A stretch of 64,000 nt of DNA from Lytechinus pictus (lineage: Eukaryota). How positions within the stretch are numbered: the first letter of the stretch is position 1; the number at the start of each line of letters is the position of its first letter. Of this stretch, positions 21,968 through 37,500 are shown in pieces. The notes below the pieces were generated by a model, which was not told the origin of the DNA, did no database searches, and was given only the letters and a program-made list of their open reading frames with translations. The position numbers were made by a program, and so were the translations under genes. The stretch is taken from assembly GCF_037042905.1 (NCBI RefSeq), contig NC_087245.1:33110001-33174000 (forward strand), in the 5' to 3' direction.

Positions 21968-23236
21968 CTAAAAAATAAAATCACGGAAGAAAGCACATAT
22001 GGGTAATTCCATAAAATAATCATCATTTTGGTATATCAAACCCCATTTATTTCCATTCTTATTTCAGTTCGTGAATTGACTCATTCAATATCACTTGAGA
22101 GCATGAATTGAAAAGTTTTCACAAGAACTCATAAACAGAGACAAAATAAGATTTTATGAAGATCCCAAATATATACGGGTTGGACCAGCCACGGATCTCG
22201 CCAGATTACAAATAGTTTTGAGAGGCTGACTATTACGCAAAAACAATATGGCCCCTGAAATGTTTGTGTTTAACCTGGCTAAATGCGACAATCGGACAGA
22301 CACACAAATTTTATCTCTGATCATTTCTATTGATTAAATATGTATTTGAGAAAGAAATTTCTTGATTGACTTCCATTTTGATTACTTTACTTAGCATTTG
22401 AATCCTAAAAAAATGTAGTACAAAATATGCATTGATGTACAGAAGGCACATTTATTTTCAGATAGTTAGTCTTTAGAGTACACTTCCATTCAGTTTCCTC
22501 TAGCTTTAGAACTAACCTCATCTGAACCTGTCATACCCCTGAGTTACCCTCCATCATTTCCTTCCTTTATTCCTTTATCAATTTCCATCTTCTCTCCATC
22601 ATCTAACCATGCCTCACTATCATCTCTCAAGGGAATGCGGTATGTCATCTGTTTTATACCCTTTCCTTTCTTGTTTTAAAAAATCTATTCTGCTCTAAAA
22701 TCTTCCTGTTTTCTTCAGCTTATATTTTCTGTCACGCCACAATGTACCCCTTCTGTGATCCATCTTTTTCTATCTAAAAACCGATCTCGCTCTACAGATC
22801 ACATCAGTTCACTATGAAAGAAGCTATCACTACTCTCACTCCCTCCATCTCTCTTTTAATGTGTGTGTTTGTGCTTTCTTCCTACTTCTCTTTCAATTTT
22901 GTATCCCTTTTATTTTACTTGTCTGGCTTCAGGTAGTCTCTCTTGTATCCTGTCTTTCTTTAGACCCCCCCCCCCATCCACCCCCATCTCTCTTTCCACC
23001 TCTCTCCCAATCCATTCTTTATCATGCTTTCTCTTCATCCATCCTATGCCTTATTTCCCACAAGCCCGCCCGCCATTTTTCATTCTCCCCTCATCTTCCT
23101 CATATTCTAGCTCCTTCATTTTTCACTGTCTCTTCAACTTTCTTTCATTCTCTTTCCCCCACCTCCACTTAATTGCACCACACCCCTCTTTATCTTCCCT
23201 TGATGGGTATCCTATGGATGTGAGAGTGTGTCTTAC

Positions 23237-23314
23237 CATCGTCCCTTGATATGTTGGGTTTGTACCACCACGCCGAGAGGTCCTTGACGAAACGAACATG
23301 TTCTACGCTCGGAT
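23237..23314 (-). CDS. TNS: Tensin exon, start of SH2 domain
   Basis: tttcttttccag|AT... translates DPSVEHVRFVKDLSAWWYKPNISRDD, then g|gtaaga; matches the tensin V.FV.D.S..WYKP.ISR motif. 78 nt, phase 1 to 1. Confidence 0.94.
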
Positions 23315-23428
23315 CTGGAAAAGAAATGAGGGAAGATTTTTAAAAAAAATGAGAATTAATCATCATATTCAACACTGTTTTCTTTCGTCAACATTATAAA
23401 TTCAAGACTTTACACTATTACTGCAATT

Positions 23429-23556
23429 GTCATCATCATCACCATCATTATCAGCACCATCTTCATCATCATCATAATCATTACCATTATCATTACCACC
23501 ATCATCATCATCACTATATATTATTATGATTACCACCACCATCATCATTAAACATC
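23429..23556. repeat. Imperfect (CAT/CAC)n microsatellite
   Basis: Runs of catcatcatc/accatcatta are visible directly. Confidence 0.85.
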
Positions 23557-23719
23557 ATTTTTATCATAAGTAAACATTACCCCAAACAATAACTTGCACA
23601 ACTACACAAAGAATCAAACTTTATTTTTTGAAGGTTCATATTTGAAAAAAATCTGTCTTTTTAAGAATTTTATATTGGCAGATAGGTTTTCAGATGAGAT
23701 CATCCAAGCAAGCGTAATT

Positions 23720-24063
23720 ATCATCCATACTCAGACAGCCTATCACCAAAAATAATTCCATTACTCCGATTACTTCCACCTTCACAACTCTGGAATTGAT
23801 GAGGGTTCACGGAGCGCTTCGCTCTTTTACAAGAAAGCACCCCGGAAACGAAGAGCGGAGATAGTCTATGAATGTCTTCGCGTGTAATATTGGAGTCAAT
23901 AAATCTAGGGGTGCTGCGATCGTAAACCCAAAAGGAGGACCAATAAATAGATCGGCCGAGCATAGGTCACCGTTATTACTTATCAATCAAAGTGTTTATT
24001 CGAAGCCGAGAAGGGCAAGAATGCTCTAAACTTTAGAGGTTTGTTTTGAAAAGAAGGTTGATA
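23720..24063. mobile_element. Possible degenerate DNA-transposon remnant
   Basis: CpG-richer block with weakly inverted ends (TATCATCCATACTCAGACAGCCT versus the reverse complement of AGGTTTGTTTTGAAAAGAAGGTTGATA). Confidence 0.35.
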
Positions 24064-26803
24064 GCTGTTCTATATATGTTAATCGTGAGATATGGTTTGT
24101 TAAGAAAGGCATATCGTCACGTCACGGGTGTAAACATTTTAAATGATTTGGAAAAAGATGTTATCTTTGCCAAGTGTTATTCCCCATATATATTTCGGAA
24201 GCCTATAATAGATTTAATGTGGCATTAAATCTGTTAAAAGGAGGAAAATCAATGTCATGGATTCTGACAAACATCATGTCAAACAAGTTCCAATGAATAT
24301 ATTTTTTTCTTATAAATCAATCCTACTCCATATAGGCCTATAAATTGCCATCTGTCAAAACACAAACAACTAAAGGTAAAATGGTTTTAATCAAGTGAAA
24401 GTATTACACACACTTTTTTTGTAATTGTGAATAAAAAAACACCATATTTATGCTAACCATGTTCAATGTTTTGTTTGTTGTGACAAGAATTATCGCAAAG
24501 TTCATCACCTGCCAACGTTTTGTGTCTTTTAACCCATATAAAACTGGCTGAAATATAGATGTTCTAACAGTCTGTTTGACTATCTAGAAATAAAATTGTG
24601 TAATTACAGCACACGAAAATAATTTGTGTTGATTAAAATTCACACCTGCTAAACAAAGCAGTTGAGTCCTTGGAGGACATGATTACACAACTCTTCTTCT
24701 AGGACTTAGCAAAATTCTAATGTACTCATTTCAACTAATCAACAATCTTTTCTTCTTCCACGGTCAAAGTCTCAACTGCTCAATTAGTGACTGTTGCATA
24801 TTAGCAATTTAGCAAGGCTGTAGTACAGGGAGAGTTGGCAATTTGTAGTGACTTCTGGGTCAAATTTCTTTTTCTGGTGTTTAGGGGATCTCTTTGTATT
24901 TACATTTTTTTATTTTTTTTTTATATTTGCATGTTTTACACTTTCTATGAATTGTAACCATTATCAAGGGCAATACAATACTTGCTTATTGTCATTTTTG
25001 CTAATGTGCATATACATACATGCATATACAGTGAAATTTTAATTAATCTCACATACTGGCGTTCGATGAATGGGAAGGTGACATTTACTTGAAATGGTGC
25101 AGTGATTTTTGTAGGTATTTAGTGAGGAAGTCTGTGGGTCATTGTGTCAATACAATGAATAGCTGATCTATCCTTAACAAACTTAAAGGGATAAGTCAAT
25201 ATTGACCAAAGCCAGAGAACTGTTTACTCACTTCTTGAAAGCTAATTATCATTCATATCTTATAGTCTCAGGCCAAGGCTTTGCCAGATTGACCATTATA
25301 ATCTGGGGAAAGGGGGGGGGGGCACCCATTACTGTAAACACGTATGACTCCCCCCCCCCCAAAAAAAAAAAAAAAAAAAAAAAAATGAAGAGAAAAAAAT
25401 CTGATAGCCTATTTCCATTGCATTCACCTTTTGGACCAGTGGTAAAATACAAAATCTATCATATATTGTTTGAAAATAAGGGGAACAATCCCAGCTGTAA
25501 AAAAAAAATAGGGAGGACATCTCCCCTGGATTTGCTCTTCATTAAAAGTTAATAGATTTGGTAGTTGTGTACTGATATAGTCACTGCATTCATATTCCAC
25601 TTGAGAAGAGAACATATCAATAAGGTCTAAAGATAAAGAATGCAACTATATGACAGAATAAACTGAACAATAGATTCAGGTCAACCAATATACTGTTTGC
25701 ATAAATATTGCATGTTCCCATGGAGATGGATTGGCCATAATTGTGTTTGGAATATATATGGTACTATAATATCAAATCTAAGAGATAAGACATGTTTTCA
25801 AACAGTATATTATTTGACGACAAGTTAAACATTTGAATATTTTCTTTTCCTGGATTTCTCTGAACAAAAACCCCAAACTTGAAACAGGGGATGATGACCT
25901 GATACAATCTCGTCTGGAGATGAGAAATCAAAGACATTTTTTTAATCCATCCCTTTTCAATAAAAAGAATGCAAGAAAATGTAGACGGTTGAAATACAGT
26001 AGAGTAATTCAATACAGAGTATAATGCAAAGAATTATGATGCCCTTTCGATAGTACTCCCACTTGCAATGTACTTCAAGGAAAGAGCAATTTTTATGGAG
26101 TATCAAACCATTCTTTTATCTTCTGTTTGACAATGATTTTGCTCTCTCAAAGCTCATCTTACATGGATAGAATTGTACATGCATTGCATTCCATTACTAT
26201 GCTTTTTACAAAATTGTTTAAATTAAAAAAAAAAAGTCTGAAAAATTAAAGCCCCATATTATTATAAACTTTGATTGGTTTTTATCCAGAAATTATAGAA
26301 AAAATAAAGATTTCTGTAATATTATGTCCATGTATGGAAGTTTGGTATGACTTAACGTTCCAAATAGAAAAAATTATTGGACAGGTTCATCAACCAGTTA
26401 CATATTTGCAAAACTGGACACTCGAAGAAAGAAAAAAGATATAATATGCTAACAGAAAGTATTAAGACATATTAAAATATGAAAACTCATGATTCAATTC
26501 AGTAATACTTCTGTATTTTCCTATTAAAAAGCGAGTTTGTGTTTACAACCCAAATTTGTTTCTTTCAATCACAAAAAAAGTGTGATACAGACGTTCTTAT
26601 ACAGATGATGCCTTGCACTGCATAATATTCAATCCAAAATCTTATAATATACTTAGTAGGCTTCATGGGTGCTAGGGTTGGATTAGATGGGATTAAAAAG
26701 GGCAAAAGTTTTCAATGAAGAAGACCACCTGAATATCTTTTCTAAGCGAAGGAAGAAAAGGTTAAATCCTACACCGCAGTGATGAGTCATACCATTTCAA
26801 AGA

Positions 26804-26943
26804 TTTTTTTTCTTCAAAAAAGTACTCCATAACAGGAAAAAAGAGAGAGAGAGAGAGAGAGAGGGGGGATATTTTTTTTTCCAAAAAGGTATTCCATAAC
26901 AGGAAAAAAGAAAGAGAGAGAGAGAGAGAGAGGTGGGGGGGGG
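26804..26943. repeat. Two-copy tandem duplication (~68 bp unit) containing (GA)n
   Basis: TCCATAACAGGAAAAAAG...(GA)n GGGG occurs twice in tandem. Confidence 0.8.
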
Positions 26944-29900
26944 TGAATAAGAGAGAACAAAAAAAAAACTGAGAACAGTGAGGTAATCTATGATTTTTTT
27001 TAAATTTTTTTGTTGTTGTTGTGTTTGCTCCCTTTCTGAGTTAAAATTAGATAAAGGAAAGCAATTCAAGATCGGACAGAGGAGTAAGAAAGAAAGGCCA
27101 GGGTAGTATGGAAAATTTGGATTGAAATCGATTCATTTCATGTTTATATTCAATCTGCCCTCTTACAAAACCCCTTAAACTATCTTTCATTTGCAAGAGT
27201 TGCAAGAGAATCACCCCTATTTTAATATTCTACACTCCTATGTTTTCTGAAGACATTCAAATGCTATTTAGGATAAGACTATTCATGAGTGCTCCATAAG
27301 AGACAATGGTAAGGTGCTATTAAATGTCTTTATTATTCAAACCATGTAACTTCTTGTTACAAGGGGCTCCTTAAATGAAGAATAATGATTTTTTTAAGGA
27401 ATGAATATGGCACATTCACAAGAATGTTGGATGTTTTCCAAGGTAAAAGACCAATGACTCATGCTGAAATCTGTGAAAGGGCAGGTCACTGAACTGAAAT
27501 ATATCCAGGGCACATATTATATGCAAAATTTGAGACCGCTCTTCATGGTATAAATAATAAGACGCTGCTTACATGTATTACAACATCCACTCTGAGAATG
27601 AGTAGCATGCAAGAATATGAATGCCAAGTAATTTGTAGTCTCAATGGCTTTGAGAGAATAGAAGTAAATCATAAATCCACAGCCTGTTTGTTTTCTCTGC
27701 ATTTTGTTTCTGTTTTCTATTTCCCCAGTACATATAGATAAACAGGTTTCCCTCAATTCCCTGTATGTTATACATGTTTTTGTGCCATAAATGTTAGTAT
27801 TATCATTATCATTCTATCTTTTCTTTAACTGAAAATCAGTGTAATGAAAACCATTAAGTTTTCAAAATCTAAGAGAACTAAGCCTTGATTTGCAATATGA
27901 GACAAATGACCATTACCATTGCCAACAGCAGATTGAAATGATTAAGCTGGAAAAACCCCACTAAAAGCCTATCTCATGTCAGACAGCTATTGTATATGGA
28001 CATGCTCTTTTCTTGGTACATGTAGCTCTATTATCATTCAAAGAATTCTTGGTCATCACCACTGAGCATGAAATCTTCTTATGACAGAGTGCATCGTCCT
28101 TTGCATTTCACAGAAATCTAAAAGCTTATCAAGTGCAAGTTGTGAAAATGCAACCGTGATTGTCTCCAAACTCTGTGGGATGAAGGGAGCAAATAATTCA
28201 TTGTATTTTGATTTTACCAGATACCAGACACTTTCACAAAATGAACACATGCTACAGTAGTTCATGTTTTACCTGGACTGGAACCAGGTTGTTCTTGTAC
28301 AGTTCCTATTATTTTGCAGGGCCAGAGAGTCCCATCCCTATTGGTGGGTGTATCCTACTTTGTAAAAACGTTGAGAGGTTGGTTGAAACCATGCTCAGGG
28401 GACGAGCAGTACTGAGTATTAATCAATCAAACTAAATTTATATGTTACATGTCTTGTGTGTGTCAGCACTTTAATATTACTTTGGGTCACTCTTGGTAAA
28501 CAGTCTCCTTGTTTTAACCATAATGATGCCTTACTGTTGTGTTAAGTTATGATATCACTTAACATCTTAATACTGTAGCCTGTAGGATATTAAAACATTC
28601 GTACCCCATCGATTCCTGAACTCTGTTATTCTCATAGTCTTTCATACAATGATCACCCAGTAAGAGTAGGCAATGGGTCAAACAGTATGCTTAAATCGTG
28701 CCAAGACTTTGACAGAAGAAGACTATAGAAATAAAGTTTGTCACGACTCAATGAAACATAACTTAATGAAAAGACAGACAGGCAGACAGCCAACCCCTAA
28801 TCCTTAAACTTGTCAAAGATATTGCTTTTAATCCCCCACTAATCCGATTTAATGACTAAACAAGATGAATTCATGAAGATATTCCAAGACCCTGTGTAAT
28901 TGGATAGGCCTAACAAATAATGCAGATGCAGCAACATGGCTTAGCCTACTGCCTGAAAGCATTTCAGAGTAAAAGCAACTGATGTGATTGAATGCCCAAA
29001 TGCTAAATTTGTAAGTGCCAACGAATTCCAAACACTTTATGAAAAATGAATGAAATCCAACTGCACATTAAAGTAATAATAAAACTTGATTACCTATGCT
29101 TGTTTAACTTGATAAGAGATATTTCATTTGTAAAGTAAAATACAAAGACCATTTTCAAAGAAAGAAAAATAAATCCTCAGTACAGTAGACAAGCAACACT
29201 GCTGGCATGTTCTGCTATCAGCTACAGCAAAATTTTGGTATCTAATAAGTTTTGATACATTTCACAGAAAATATTACCAGCATCTATTATGAAGTATAAA
29301 ATATGAGCTCTGGTTTGATGATAAGCCCTTTCAAATTTGATATCTTACTGTTTACATACTTCACACAGGAGTAACCTCATCTGATGATGCAAATTATGAA
29401 GTCACGCAAGTCTTTTAGGGTGTGTTTAATCAAATTTGTAGGGCTAAAATCATAAATATAAACATAGAAAAACATGGTTGATTCAGGAAAGCATTCAATG
29501 CATTGCTTTTTCCGATTTCTAAGCCCACCCACCACTGTATGGCAGAGCTGTGAGTTTGACCCAGGAAGTGAAGGTCAACATTGGAGTGTAGATGCAGGGA
29601 AGTGGGAGTTCCCTGATAGATGTATGCAATGTATGTCCAGATCGGACGAAGGCCCATAGGTGTAGAATCATGATTGAGTACGTTGGTACGTTCTTTTAAT
29701 CTCCATAAGTACGTTGAAACATCTCTTACTTCAGCATTTCATATTTGCATATTGAAAGACATTTATTTTTACAACTAATTAAAAATTGCTCAAATGCAAC
29801 TTTGGTTTGACCTGAACATCTTTGAAAACCATGATTCGAGGGTTAAAACGTGTTGATAAAATGCAGCCTAGATTTCAACAATCTTATCTTTTGACTACCA

Positions 29901-32900
29901 GTATGTCTACCATTTGCAGTGATTAAAAAATGATATGCCATATTCACTTTACAGCCTACTCAAAATACTTATATTTTAGAACATATTGTGATATTGGATA
30001 CGGAGCGTGCCAATTAAAATGGTCATGTGAAATTGTCTTTTTGATTTTTGTTACCAATAGTACACTTTAGAATATTTATCTGTCAACTCAACAGAACTTT
30101 TAAATGGATTAATGAAAAAAGAGAGGTAAAAGTGTTGATTCAGCTGAACTAAGCAAATGGTGAAATAGGACAATAAATTTGGAAGATTATATTTTGCATT
30201 CAATTAAAGAGGCAGCAACAATTTAGGTTTCAATTTTCAATTTCAAGCTTGATTATGGAAGGCCCTCGAAATTCTGGCAAACTTATTTGAGTTATAATCG
30301 CCTTTATCTCCGTCCTCTTTAAGAATAAAGCAAATTAAAGAAACAAGGATTATAGCATGATTCATGCCAGTATCAATTATCATTGTGGTCAAATTAAAGT
30401 ACCTAAAAAAGTTCTGATCCTCATGACCTCTGAAACTGATCTCATAAAACTTCTCTGTCTTTCTTTTTATTCCGTTTTAAACCTGTGGATGGCCTGATGG
30501 TGATTATTCAACCAATCTTATAAGATATTAAAAGGAAGATATTACTTCTGGCGTTGTGGCTTTTTAGGATTGAATGAGTGCATGAACTAGGAGGGATCTT
30601 TAGGCCATTAGGCTTCAATTTGAACTAGTTGCTTACAAGGATAACAAGTGATATACAGTCAAAATATTAAAAAAGAATGTTCAGTTCTTGCATAGCACAT
30701 ATCAAATTATAATTTCTTAAAGTTTCTAGGCCTATGATTGCAAAGGGACTTGGGACATTATTACCCTGGCTTTAGCCATGGCTAAGTGCAGCACAATGAG
30801 AATCAATGTGGATCAAATAATCTTAAATGTATATATGTATCATGACACTGGTGTATCGATTGGGGGACAAAAAGAAAGAAAAGGAAAAAGGCTAAGATAT
30901 GATATTTCTGAATATCATGTACAGATCAATCAAAAATTTTGTTTTTCATTTCAAACAGGTCAAAACTTTTGCTCGCTTGCTTCACTCGCTCTCAACTTTT
31001 TAAATAAATTTTGCCACATGTGCTGTGTTGTGTGCAATCCTCATTTTTGGGGATCATTACACCACTGTATCATGTGGCTCTGCTATCACAGGGACCAAGG
31101 TACTCTCACATTCCTTGAAATTTTATCTACCAAAATTGCCCAATGTATGGAAATATAGGCCATAAAAATAAGAAAATAAGCAAAAGATAAACCCTAACCT
31201 AGAACCTACATGTAACATCAACACTATATCAACCTTTACCCCATATCTTCAAATATATCATGGCAGCCCTTCGCTCAAGCAGCACTACAAAAATATGAGA
31301 AAAACATTTAGTTCACCAAGATTATAATTCTCAATTTCATTTTAATTGAATTTTTGAAATCGATATCCATGGTGTAATTGGTTTTATTACATATAGTCTG
31401 TTTTGTTATATTTCAGGTACATGGTATATTTATTTTTGACAAGTTACAGTGAAAAAAAAATCACTCCATCATTTTTTTTCTTCAAATCTCAGCTTTCTTT
31501 CATCATTCTGCTATACAATTTGAACTGGTTGAGTGCAATACCTGAAATATGCCATCAGTCAGAGTCTGAGAATGTCCGCGGGTATGTGTCTTGATCATGG
31601 AATATCATGTGGTTTGTCAAGAACAAACCTACTAGAGGTGTCAGAGTGAATAATGAAAATATTTCACAATTTATCAGCTGTGACACGATGATGGATGGGA
31701 TAATACTCCAAAATATACTTGAACAAGTATAGAACCACTCTAAAAGCAGGTTACGTGTTTATTACAACCATCAATGGCAATGGCAAAGAATGTTTGTGGA
31801 ATTCCAGTTGCCATATAGTTACAAAATAATATGTTCTGAGAGCAATACAAATTCTCTGACTACTTATATCGAACATTTTAAAGTAAATCATTACAATTAG
31901 CATAAGTATATTGCCACAATATATCAGAAATGCTCTATTCAAATACTCTTGTAAAGAGATTTATATACATTTTATGATTTTCTTCATAAATATTTATAGT
32001 GAGTGGAAATGTATGTAACTCTTTAAACAACCGAACTTTCATGTGAAATCGGATGAAGTACCAATCAGGGGATACATAGGCCTACACATAAAGTTTACAT
32101 TATAATGCATAACACAGAGCTTGTCTTGGTTATAAACAACATGTACAAGTTTATAACAAACATTGTTTAGAATTACTCGTCAATTTGGCCAAGCAATACC
32201 AATTTATATTATTTTGGACAATTTGGAACAAGACAATATAAATAAATGAAATCTCTGCTCTCCTTTAACTATTGATTGAATTGCCCTATTGGGACAAAAA
32301 TTGAACCCTGATAAAAGTAAAAAGAACCCTTTGAGATTCCCTCATTTGGTTGCTGGTCATACACTTTCCATTACTATAAAAGCAAAGGGCATATTCACTA
32401 AATCACCGGATATGAAAAGGAATTGAAAAATGGGACCCTAAAGTAGCCCAAAGAACCATTCGATTTGTGTCAAATAGATATAACAAACAGCAACATGAAT
32501 TCCAATCTCCTTTTGTGCACTGTCCCATTGCAAATAAATAACTCAATCACACCCAAATACTTAAAAACATTTCAAAGTGCAAAAAGAACAAAATGTCAAA
32601 GATAAAGTCAATCAATATTCTCTATAATGTAACCCTATAAGAGCAAAGTGAAAGTTTACCGAAACTCATCAGAGTACCTGCTTTAATTGTAAAGTTATTA
32701 ACCAATTCAAAGATACATGGAACAATATGAAGTAACTGTTTTCAATATTGTATGTATATTGTGCATTTTATTTCATTTGAATGTTTTCTATTCAGCTAAG
32801 TAGTATATGTCCATGCAATCATGATGAACAGCTGAACAGACTTAAAGTTGAATCCACAGCGTTCTATTCAATACATCTATGCAATCATCATAATCCATTA

Positions 32901-33953
32901 TTTTATCCGATGCTATAGAATTTGACCTAATTTAACCTATATCTGGGAGTGTTCTTTTATTTTCAAAATAAATCATATTTGTAATATTCTCCTTTGACTT
33001 CGATTTCATCAGCTCCTCTTGGTAAATAATAACCCCTACACACTACTAATCCATATTTGGATATATTCTAAATCATAACAAATCCACCATATGTTATTGG
33101 ATACATCTGCGGAATCAATTTTGGTATATCCATCCTATTGTGTTGCGCGGGTGTTGCGCTATGGAAACGGCTAATTACAAAGAAAGGATCACTGTAGCAA
33201 TGGCATTGTAATGTGTTGAAAAATACTCATGACATTTGTAGGAGCAGCTCTTGACCTAGAAAATCTCTCTCTCTAAAAAACAAATACATGTATGCTCATT
33301 TTTCAACAATCAAAGCTATTACATCCCAATTGTTCACAAATGCTATATACTTTGGTCAAAATCAAATTTAATTTAAAAAAATCAAGTAGGTACATTTACC
33401 ATCAAGGGAGGATAAAGGCTGTTAATTTTCATCAGAATCAGAATTGCAATTCAAAATGCCAATGACCCCATCTAATACCTATTATGATAATATTGAGAGA
33501 GTATAAATAATGCAAATTTCTTCACAAGATTACTGGTATAATCATTTCAATAGGCAGTAACTTACATATATGATTTTCTTTCTTGCCCCCCTTTCAATAA
33601 TCTACCTGACACACCATATATATCTGTTGTCCAGTATAACCCTGGATGGGTTAATGCATTTACCCCCTAAAATGGAGCTATTGTGTACTTGACATTGTTG
33701 GGGGTATGTTAATCCTATTACGGGGATCAATAGGGGTGTCAATTGTTCCCCATGGTATAAATGTCAACACAGGTGTAACTAATCCCGTTTGTTACCTTTG
33801 GAGGTACATGTACATAGGTAACAAGATATGGGCATGTTCACATGTGGAAAATGTATAAGGTGAAAGATTAAGTTCCTTTAATTAGCTTGGTTGATGTGCG
33901 ATATGAAAATTTGATATGAACAACTGATGTTACCACATGCAAATTGTTCTTAA

Positions 33954-34547
33954 AGGGGAATCCAACCCAAATAAAAACTTGTTTTATAAGGAAAAGTAAA
34001 ATCAGACAAGTTGATAGGTGAAAGTTTGAACAATATTGGACAAACAACAAGAAAGTTATGAATTTTTAAAGTTGTAAATATTGGTAATCACTACACCCAT
34101 GGAGACTTCAAATTGGCCGCATATGGGATGTCATAGTGATGTAAGGCAAGGACTACTCTTCCATGTACTCCAATACATATTATTGCCAAAATGTCATTTT
34201 TCCCAAAAGTTTTATTTCAAATTATATTTTTCTTTCATGAAGACATAAAACAATATACTACCTGGGTTATATGTTAGATTACTGCCCCAGGGGATTGGGT
34301 ACTTAGGAGAAAACCACAAATCCCTGATAATAAAGTACATGGCCTATGGGAAAGTTGTCCTTGCCCCTTGTCATAATTTTCTTACTCAGTTGCCAATTTG
34401 AAATCTACATAATATTAGTGATCTCAATTTTAAAACAGCTATAATTTTCTTATTGCTTGTCCGATTACTTTCAAACTTTCACCATTCTGTTTAATTGATT
34501 TTTCTCCTTCCCAACACAACATTTTATGGCCAAGGCTGGATTCCCCT
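33954..34547. mobile_element. Non-autonomous DNA transposon with TTAA TSD (Kolobok-type termini)
   Basis: TTAA|AGGGGAATCCA ... TGGATTCCCCT|TTAA, with imperfect subterminal inverted repeats. Confidence 0.85.
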
Positions 34548-37500
34548 TTAAATTACATTTAAATGTGATCAGAGATAATAATTTCACATATAAATCTCAT
34601 AAAGGCATCTACTAGAATTTTTTAAGAAGAGTTTTTGATTCAACTGAATTCAGTTTGAATAAAAAGATATCAAAAGAAACATGTTTCTCGGCCATGAGCT
34701 GTACAAAAAAAAACTGTACATTCAAATATTTTGGGCATATATATGCAGTACATATTTTAATGAAAAGGAAAAAAAAAAAAAAAGTACATAATCATGCAAA
34801 CACAAAAGGAAAAAAAAAATTTCAGTTGGAAGATAGTTGAAGGAAGGAATGGAAATAGCTTAACTAGATATGCGATGGCATAGGAAATATGATTAGGTTG
34901 TGGTATAAACCTCAGAATGCTAAGCACTTTCCACCAATTATAAGAGGAATTTTTCATCCATTTATAATGCCACTGCCAGTCTGTCATAATCAAAATATGT
35001 AGATTCTCACTTACAATGGCAAACTGCTAAAATGTACAAAAATAGGGAATACGAATTGCTACATATTGACTGCAAAGTAATAATCTCGATTCTAATGTAT
35101 GTATCCATCTGTGCGCAGAATGTATGACTGCGCATATCACGTTTGATGTACGCAAGCTAGACTTATGTCTGGTAGGCGGCTGATTTAGATTGAAGAAATA
35201 TACTTAGCCAAAAATTGCAATAGAATATCAAACATGATTAAGTATTTTAATAAAGCAAATTACTGAGTAAAATACTTGAAATTCTGGCCTAAGTATCGAA
35301 GTGAATACCGGCCCAGTTCTTGCATGAACACACAAACCCATGTCCTAATATAGACTTAGTGTGGGGTGAAACAGTACTATTGAATAGGTGGTGAAAACCA
35401 ATCGGTACATTGTATTCAAGAAAGTGTCAAGGATCTATTCTCTTCCACTTTGTCGGGGGAAGATTGATCGAAAATGGTGATGAGGGGGAGACCGAGCCTG
35501 TGTTTCTAAACAATTTCATCTATTGGTCGACTGCCACTGCCAGCCTCCCAGGATCAATTTGAAAGTCATTTTCTTTGTTTAAAGCTAAATTGAGGGGAAA
35601 GCTTCGAAGATAGTTTGCGTGCAAGATATTCGACAGAATTTGATGAAGTAATGAACAAAATACTGAATAGATCTCCACCTTGAACTTTGCAGCGCATCAG
35701 AGGTTGCATTTATTCTGTCCACTCATGGACTTGGTCCATACCAACACTAATTGGAAGGTGGAAGTTGGAATCATTCTATTTGTCCCATGTTTGCTCGGGG
35801 GGGGGGGGGGGGCATGCCCTTATATAAGCCCACACGCAAATGTATATCATGATCTAGACAATATTTATAATATTAAAAAAATATATACATTTCTGACTCT
35901 TAATGTCTGTGGTCCTTATCTTTGCTGCTTAAAACTTTTAAACGTTTTTAAACATAAGTCTGCATCCATATTTATCATATTTTTAACATTTTGGTGCCAT
36001 TGAATGCAAGACATTCTTTCCTTGTAATATCAGATCGATTCCAAAAGCAGAAAAACAAAAATCACTCCCACACTATTCTGTTCATTAAATATGAAAATGT
36101 TTTCTTCATCAGCTTTTATCACTTCTTGATCATTTAAATATCATCTGCCATCTCATCACAATATGGTAAAAAAAGACTAAAACACACGTGATAGAATTTG
36201 AACAGATGATTGTAAAACAGCAGCAATACGGCAGAATGCAGCTATGACGCAAGTGTTTTTTTTTTTTTTAATGCAAGACAGCTGACGGGTTGGTATAGGC
36301 AATAACCAGAGCATGGGGATAGTTCTTACGCTTAATTTCACATCGGAAAATAAAAATCCTCATCATGCTTTGTAAATAACAACAAAGGGAGTATCACTAG
36401 AAATGTGCCATCTTTTCAAGCTCATGGACACCTTCTAATGCCTGAGTTTGACACCTTCATCGATACTTTGTAGCATACTAGGGGAATAGTTAGGGCTACA
36501 TGGGGCTCAGGGTGAAATTCACCACTGAAATTCCCCATGAGCCCTGGAAACTAAAAAAAAAAAATTTGAAAGGTCCAATGTAAACGGAAATACAAGTAAA
36601 TTTTGGCTTCTACCTCAAATAATAGCCTTAGATTTTTTCCAACCACTAGTTGGTATAATTTTAGCTACATGTATGTTCTTTTTTTATACAAAGTTTTATT
36701 TCACATGCTCAAACTAAAGAAGGCAAAAACATAAGAGATTGAACACAAACTTTTTTTTGGGGGGAGGGGGGGGGGGGCTAATGATGGTAATTACAAATTT
36801 GAATTACATGTTGATACTTCTAGAGTCTGAACTAAAGATAACATAATTGGCATCGGTTTGATATCCTATCATCACTAATCACAGTAAGTAATTATGAACA
36901 TTCCTTTAAAACAGTGAAACCTAATTAATTATTATTCAATTTCTCTCTCCGTCTCCAACATCAACCCACGTTTCCTTCCAGGAGACGCACATTCGACCAC
37001 CTACAGTACATGCAATCCCATGACGCAAATGGGTTATACATGTACAGATTATCAACATCTTCTTGGCTAGACAGATATATCGTGTGTTATGATTTTTCAT
37101 GACGAGCATTATGATCACGAGTTCACGACTCCCTACCCCACCAAGACTTTCCATACGAGTGCAAATTTCACAATGATTACATATCTTTAAAAAAAGTGCA
37201 TACTATTTAAACAAAGGTTGTTGACATCATGGAAGCCTTCCTCAAGCTTGCCAAATGTAGCAACAAGGAATGCATATATACATTTGTATTCCAAAATTTG
37301 TGATTCATTAGGTACCAATAATGTTAAAAGTACTTTAATTAGCTTTGAACCACAATTTTCATTGATCATGCCAAAGGAGAAAAAAAATGGCCCATGAATT
37401 CCATTATGCCTAAATTATGATTATAGTAATTCATAATTATATTATTTATAATTATAATTTTACCATTCTATTGCATGGGCGTGATGATTCAAGCAATGTG

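Noticed and set aside
22540..23236. Hydrophobic Phe/Leu/Ser/Pro-rich ORFs (also at 5069-5480 and 5805-6095)
   Set aside because: Translation of CT/GA low-complexity intron sequence.
28272..28355. Possible minus-strand exon DTPTNRDGTLWPCKIIGTVQEQPGSSP with CAG|gtaaaa donor
   Set aside because: Weak acceptor, and a phase-0 start does not fit the phase-1 donor of the preceding supported exon.
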